Assembly (NCBI RefSeq): GCF_028737205.1
Contig: NZ_JAQZAL010000043.1
Location: forward strand, 18,603-42,602
DNA length: 24,000 nucleotides
Direction: 5' to 3'
From: Actinomycetospora lutea
Lineage (GTDB): Bacteria > Actinomycetota > Actinomycetes > Mycobacteriales > Pseudonocardiaceae
In this document: piece after piece, positions 22,650 through 24,000 of the stretch
How the letters are laid out: every line of letters begins with the position of its first letter
Numbering within the stretch: position 1 is the first letter of the stretch
Notes under the pieces: model-generated
Seen by the model: only the letters and a program-made list of their open reading frames with translations
Databases searched by the model: none
What the model was told of the DNA's origin: nothing
Position numbers and translations under genes: made by a program

Positions 22650-22678
22650 GCTCGCGCTGCGAGCGATGCGGCATCGCT
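22650..22678 (+). terminator. Two overlapping short hairpins about 35 nt after the dehydrogenase stop
   Basis: GCTCGC gct GCGAGC occupies 22650-22664 and AGCGATG cgg CATCGCT occupies 22662-22678. The two share 3 nt, so they are mutually exclusive. There is no U-tract. Confidence 0.2.
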
Positions 22679-22873
22679 GGCGTCCCACGCCAGGATCGCC
22701 ACATCCTCGATGCGCGACACGCCGGGCCCGGCGTCGTCCGGGTGGTGCAGCCCGGCGGCCGGGCGCGCATGCAGCGCAGCGGAGCCGCCGCGCCGGAGGC
22801 CGAGCACCGGCGTCGAACGTCCGGAAGGCCCCACGACCACGCCGGTCCCTCGTCCGGGTGGTCCGGGCGCCGT

Positions 22874-22911
22874 GACCGTCTCCTCCGCTCACGACCGTCC
22901 CGGTCGCTCAC
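22874..22911 (+). repeat. Tandem 19-bp repeat (GACCGTC-n5-CGCTCAC x2) immediately upstream of the small Cys-protein gene; candidate regulator binding site
   Basis: 22874-22892 reads gaccgtc tcctc cgctcac and 22893-22911 reads gaccgtc ccggt cgctcac. Both 7-mers are identical in the two units, and the units abut. The start codon is 12 nt downstream. Confidence 0.5.
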
Positions 22912-22923
22912 GATGCGCGGTGC

Positions 22924-23367
22924 ATGACGGAGCGGGGCGGACGGGATGCGGTGCGGTGGGCGCTGGGCAGCGTGATCGTCGGAGTGATGGCGGCCGCGGC
23001 GATCGTCCTGATGTCGGTCACGCCGACCGCGTCCGTCGCCGCCGAGCCGGCCGTCGCCGTCGCCCCGGTCGCTCCCGCCCCGCTGGTCGCGGCGTCACCC
23101 GTGACCGAGCGGCCGACCATCGCGCCCACGACCTCCCGGACGCGACCCACCGACGACGCCGATCGACCGCAGGCCCGGAGCAGCCGCACGAGCTCCTCCG
23201 GGTGCGGGCCGCGGGCCGTCTCCGCGGGTCGGTTCGACGCGTCGTGCGACGAGTACCAGGGCTACCTCGACCCCGGCACGTCCGCCGGTCGGGCACCCAC
23301 CTCCGGCGACCTCCAGACGCAGTGGGGCTGCGAGCAGGGCTACATCCCCGAGGACGAGTGCGGCTGA
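22924..23367 (+). CDS. Small secreted or membrane-anchored hypothetical protein with Pro/Ala/Thr linker and 4-Cys C-terminal module
   Basis: Position 3 is almost all G/C. It has an N-terminal hydrophobic segment WALGSVIVGVMAAAAIVLMSV and the C-terminus GCGPRAVSAGRFDASCDEYQGYLDPGTSAGRAPTSGDLQTQWGCEQGYIPEDECG. There is no SD before ATG 22924, and no other in-frame start lies between the upstream stop (22873-22875) and it. Confidence 0.65.
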   Translation: MTERGGRDAVRWALGSVIVGVMAAAAIVLMSVTPTASVAAEPAVAVAPVAPAPLVAASPVTERPTIAPTTSRTRPTDDADRPQARSSRTSSSGCGPRAVSAGRFDASCDEYQGYLDPGTSAGRAPTSGDLQTQWGCEQGYIPEDECG

Positions 23368-23377
23368 CCCGCGCCGG

Positions 23378-23629
23378 TCAGGAGGGGACGCCGGAGTCGG
23401 TGCTGATCCAGATCCGGACGATGGAGCCCCGCGAGACCGCGGTCCCGGGCTCCGGCTCCTGCCGGGCGATGTGCGCGCGGCCCGCGCCGGTGTGCCAGGC
23501 GTTCTCGGGCACGGCCAGCAGACCGGCGTCCAGCGCGCGGTCGTGGGCCTCGGCGGCGGGCACGCCGACCAGCTCGGGCACCTGCGCACCGGGCTTCTCG
23601 GGCGAGGCGGTGGTGACGTCGTCGGACAC
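23378..23629 (-). CDS. Stand-alone single PASTA-like domain mini-protein (83 aa), no signal peptide or TM
   Basis: Track ORF 23378..23776 trimmed to GTG 23629, preceded by GGGAGG at 6-nt spacing. VPELVGVPAAEAHDRALDAGLLAV...IARQEPEPGTAVSRGSIVRIWIS follows the PASTA pattern (vPdvvG....eA...L...GL......v..Q.P..Gt.v..Gs.v.l.vS). GC3 is near-total. Confidence 0.65.
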   Translation of the reverse strand: MSDDVTTASPEKPGAQVPELVGVPAAEAHDRALDAGLLAVPENAWHTGAGRAHIARQEPEPGTAVSRGSIVRIWISTDSGVPS

Positions 23630-23694
23630 GGTGGACCTCCCACGGATGGACGGGTCGGACGATGGGGGCTGTGCGGGCACGGGCTCGACCCGAA

Positions 23695-24000
23695 TCACGC
23701 GGCGGGCGTGGTGCGGGGCTCGCGACGGCGGCGCGCCAGCAGCGTGCGGCGCTCGTCCTCGCTCTCCCCACCCCACACCCCGTAGGGCTCCTGCACACTG
23801 CGAGCCCAGTCACGGCAGGCCGTCATGACCGGGCACGAGGCGCAGACCTGCTTGGCGCCGTCGACCCGGCGACCCCGCGACGGCTCGCGCTCGCCGTCGG
23901 GATGGAAGAAGACCGCGAGGTCCATCCCGCGACACGCCGCGTGGCGCTGCCAGTCCCAGTACTCCACGACGGCCGCCGGCAGGCGGGACACATCTGCCAC
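23695..24000 (-). CDS. whiB: WhiB-like (Wbl) Fe-S transcription factor; start coincides with the window edge and may lie further upstream
   Basis: Four Cys in Wbl spacing (AAC..x29..VCASCPVMTAC), FFHPDGER, the GVWGG turn, and a basic C-terminus ERRTLLARRRREPR. The GTG at 24000 is the first codon visible, so the 5' end is unverified. Confidence 0.85.
   Translation of the reverse strand: MADVSRLPAAVVEYWDWQRHAACRGMDLAVFFHPDGEREPSRGRRVDGAKQVCASCPVMTACRDWARSVQEPYGVWGGESEDERRTLLARRRREPRTTPAA

Noticed and set aside
20782-22911. 709-aa minus-strand ORF antisense to the FAD dehydrogenase
   Set aside because: This is the antisense shadow frame of a gene with a clear FAD-binding motif, and it has no recognisable motifs of its own.
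1-24000. Search for CRISPR arrays, IS elements, integrases, prophage or toxin-antitoxin style accessory content
   Set aside because: I saw no spaced direct-repeat array, no transposase/integrase/recombinase-like translation in any frame and no terminal inverted repeats. The only tandem repeats are short in-frame codon repeats and the 19-bp and 10-bp regulatory-type repeats listed above. The window looks like core chromosome.

Overview
Very GC-rich actinobacterial chromosomal DNA; third codon positions of real genes are almost uniformly G/C. Gene content resembles a Micrococcales/Cellulomonas-type genome (inference, not verified). The six-frame track produces false N-terminal extensions and long Arg/Pro/Gly-rich antisense ORFs in such DNA. 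After trimming these I support 22 protein-coding genes. I see no rRNA, tRNA, CRISPR array, transposase or integrase. Left to right: partial LCP transferase (-), GT39/ArnT-like glycosyltransferase (+), MFS transporter (-), small acidic protein (+), DUF2795-like protein (-), DUF4442 hotdog thioesterase (+), a solitary EccB-like type VII secretion component (+) convergent with a membrane Ser/Thr kinase carrying a 15xThr tail (-), HelD/HelR-type helicase (-), overlapping MBL hydrolase and PNPOx-like flavoprotein (-), Ala/Pro-rich membrane protein (+), mIHF (-), a lipid block of mgtA-like GT4 / olsB-like / olsA-like / COG3963-type methyltransferase (-), DUF574 methyltransferase (+), minimal Rpf (+), FAD dehydrogenase (+), small 4-Cys secreted protein (+), stand-alone PASTA mini-protein (-) and a WhiB-like regulator at the right edge (-). 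Most worth a second look: (1) the translationally coupled olsB/olsA/methyltransferase operon, a candidate N-methylated aminolipid pathway not known to me from Actinomycetota; (2) the orphan eccB abutting the kinase, with both stop codons inside one 10-bp palindrome; (3) the WhiB plus leaderless-of-signal PASTA mini-protein pair; (4) three motif-dense intergenic regions (13397-13955, 19110-19452, 22618-22923). All functional calls rest on motif recognition by eye. No database search was run.
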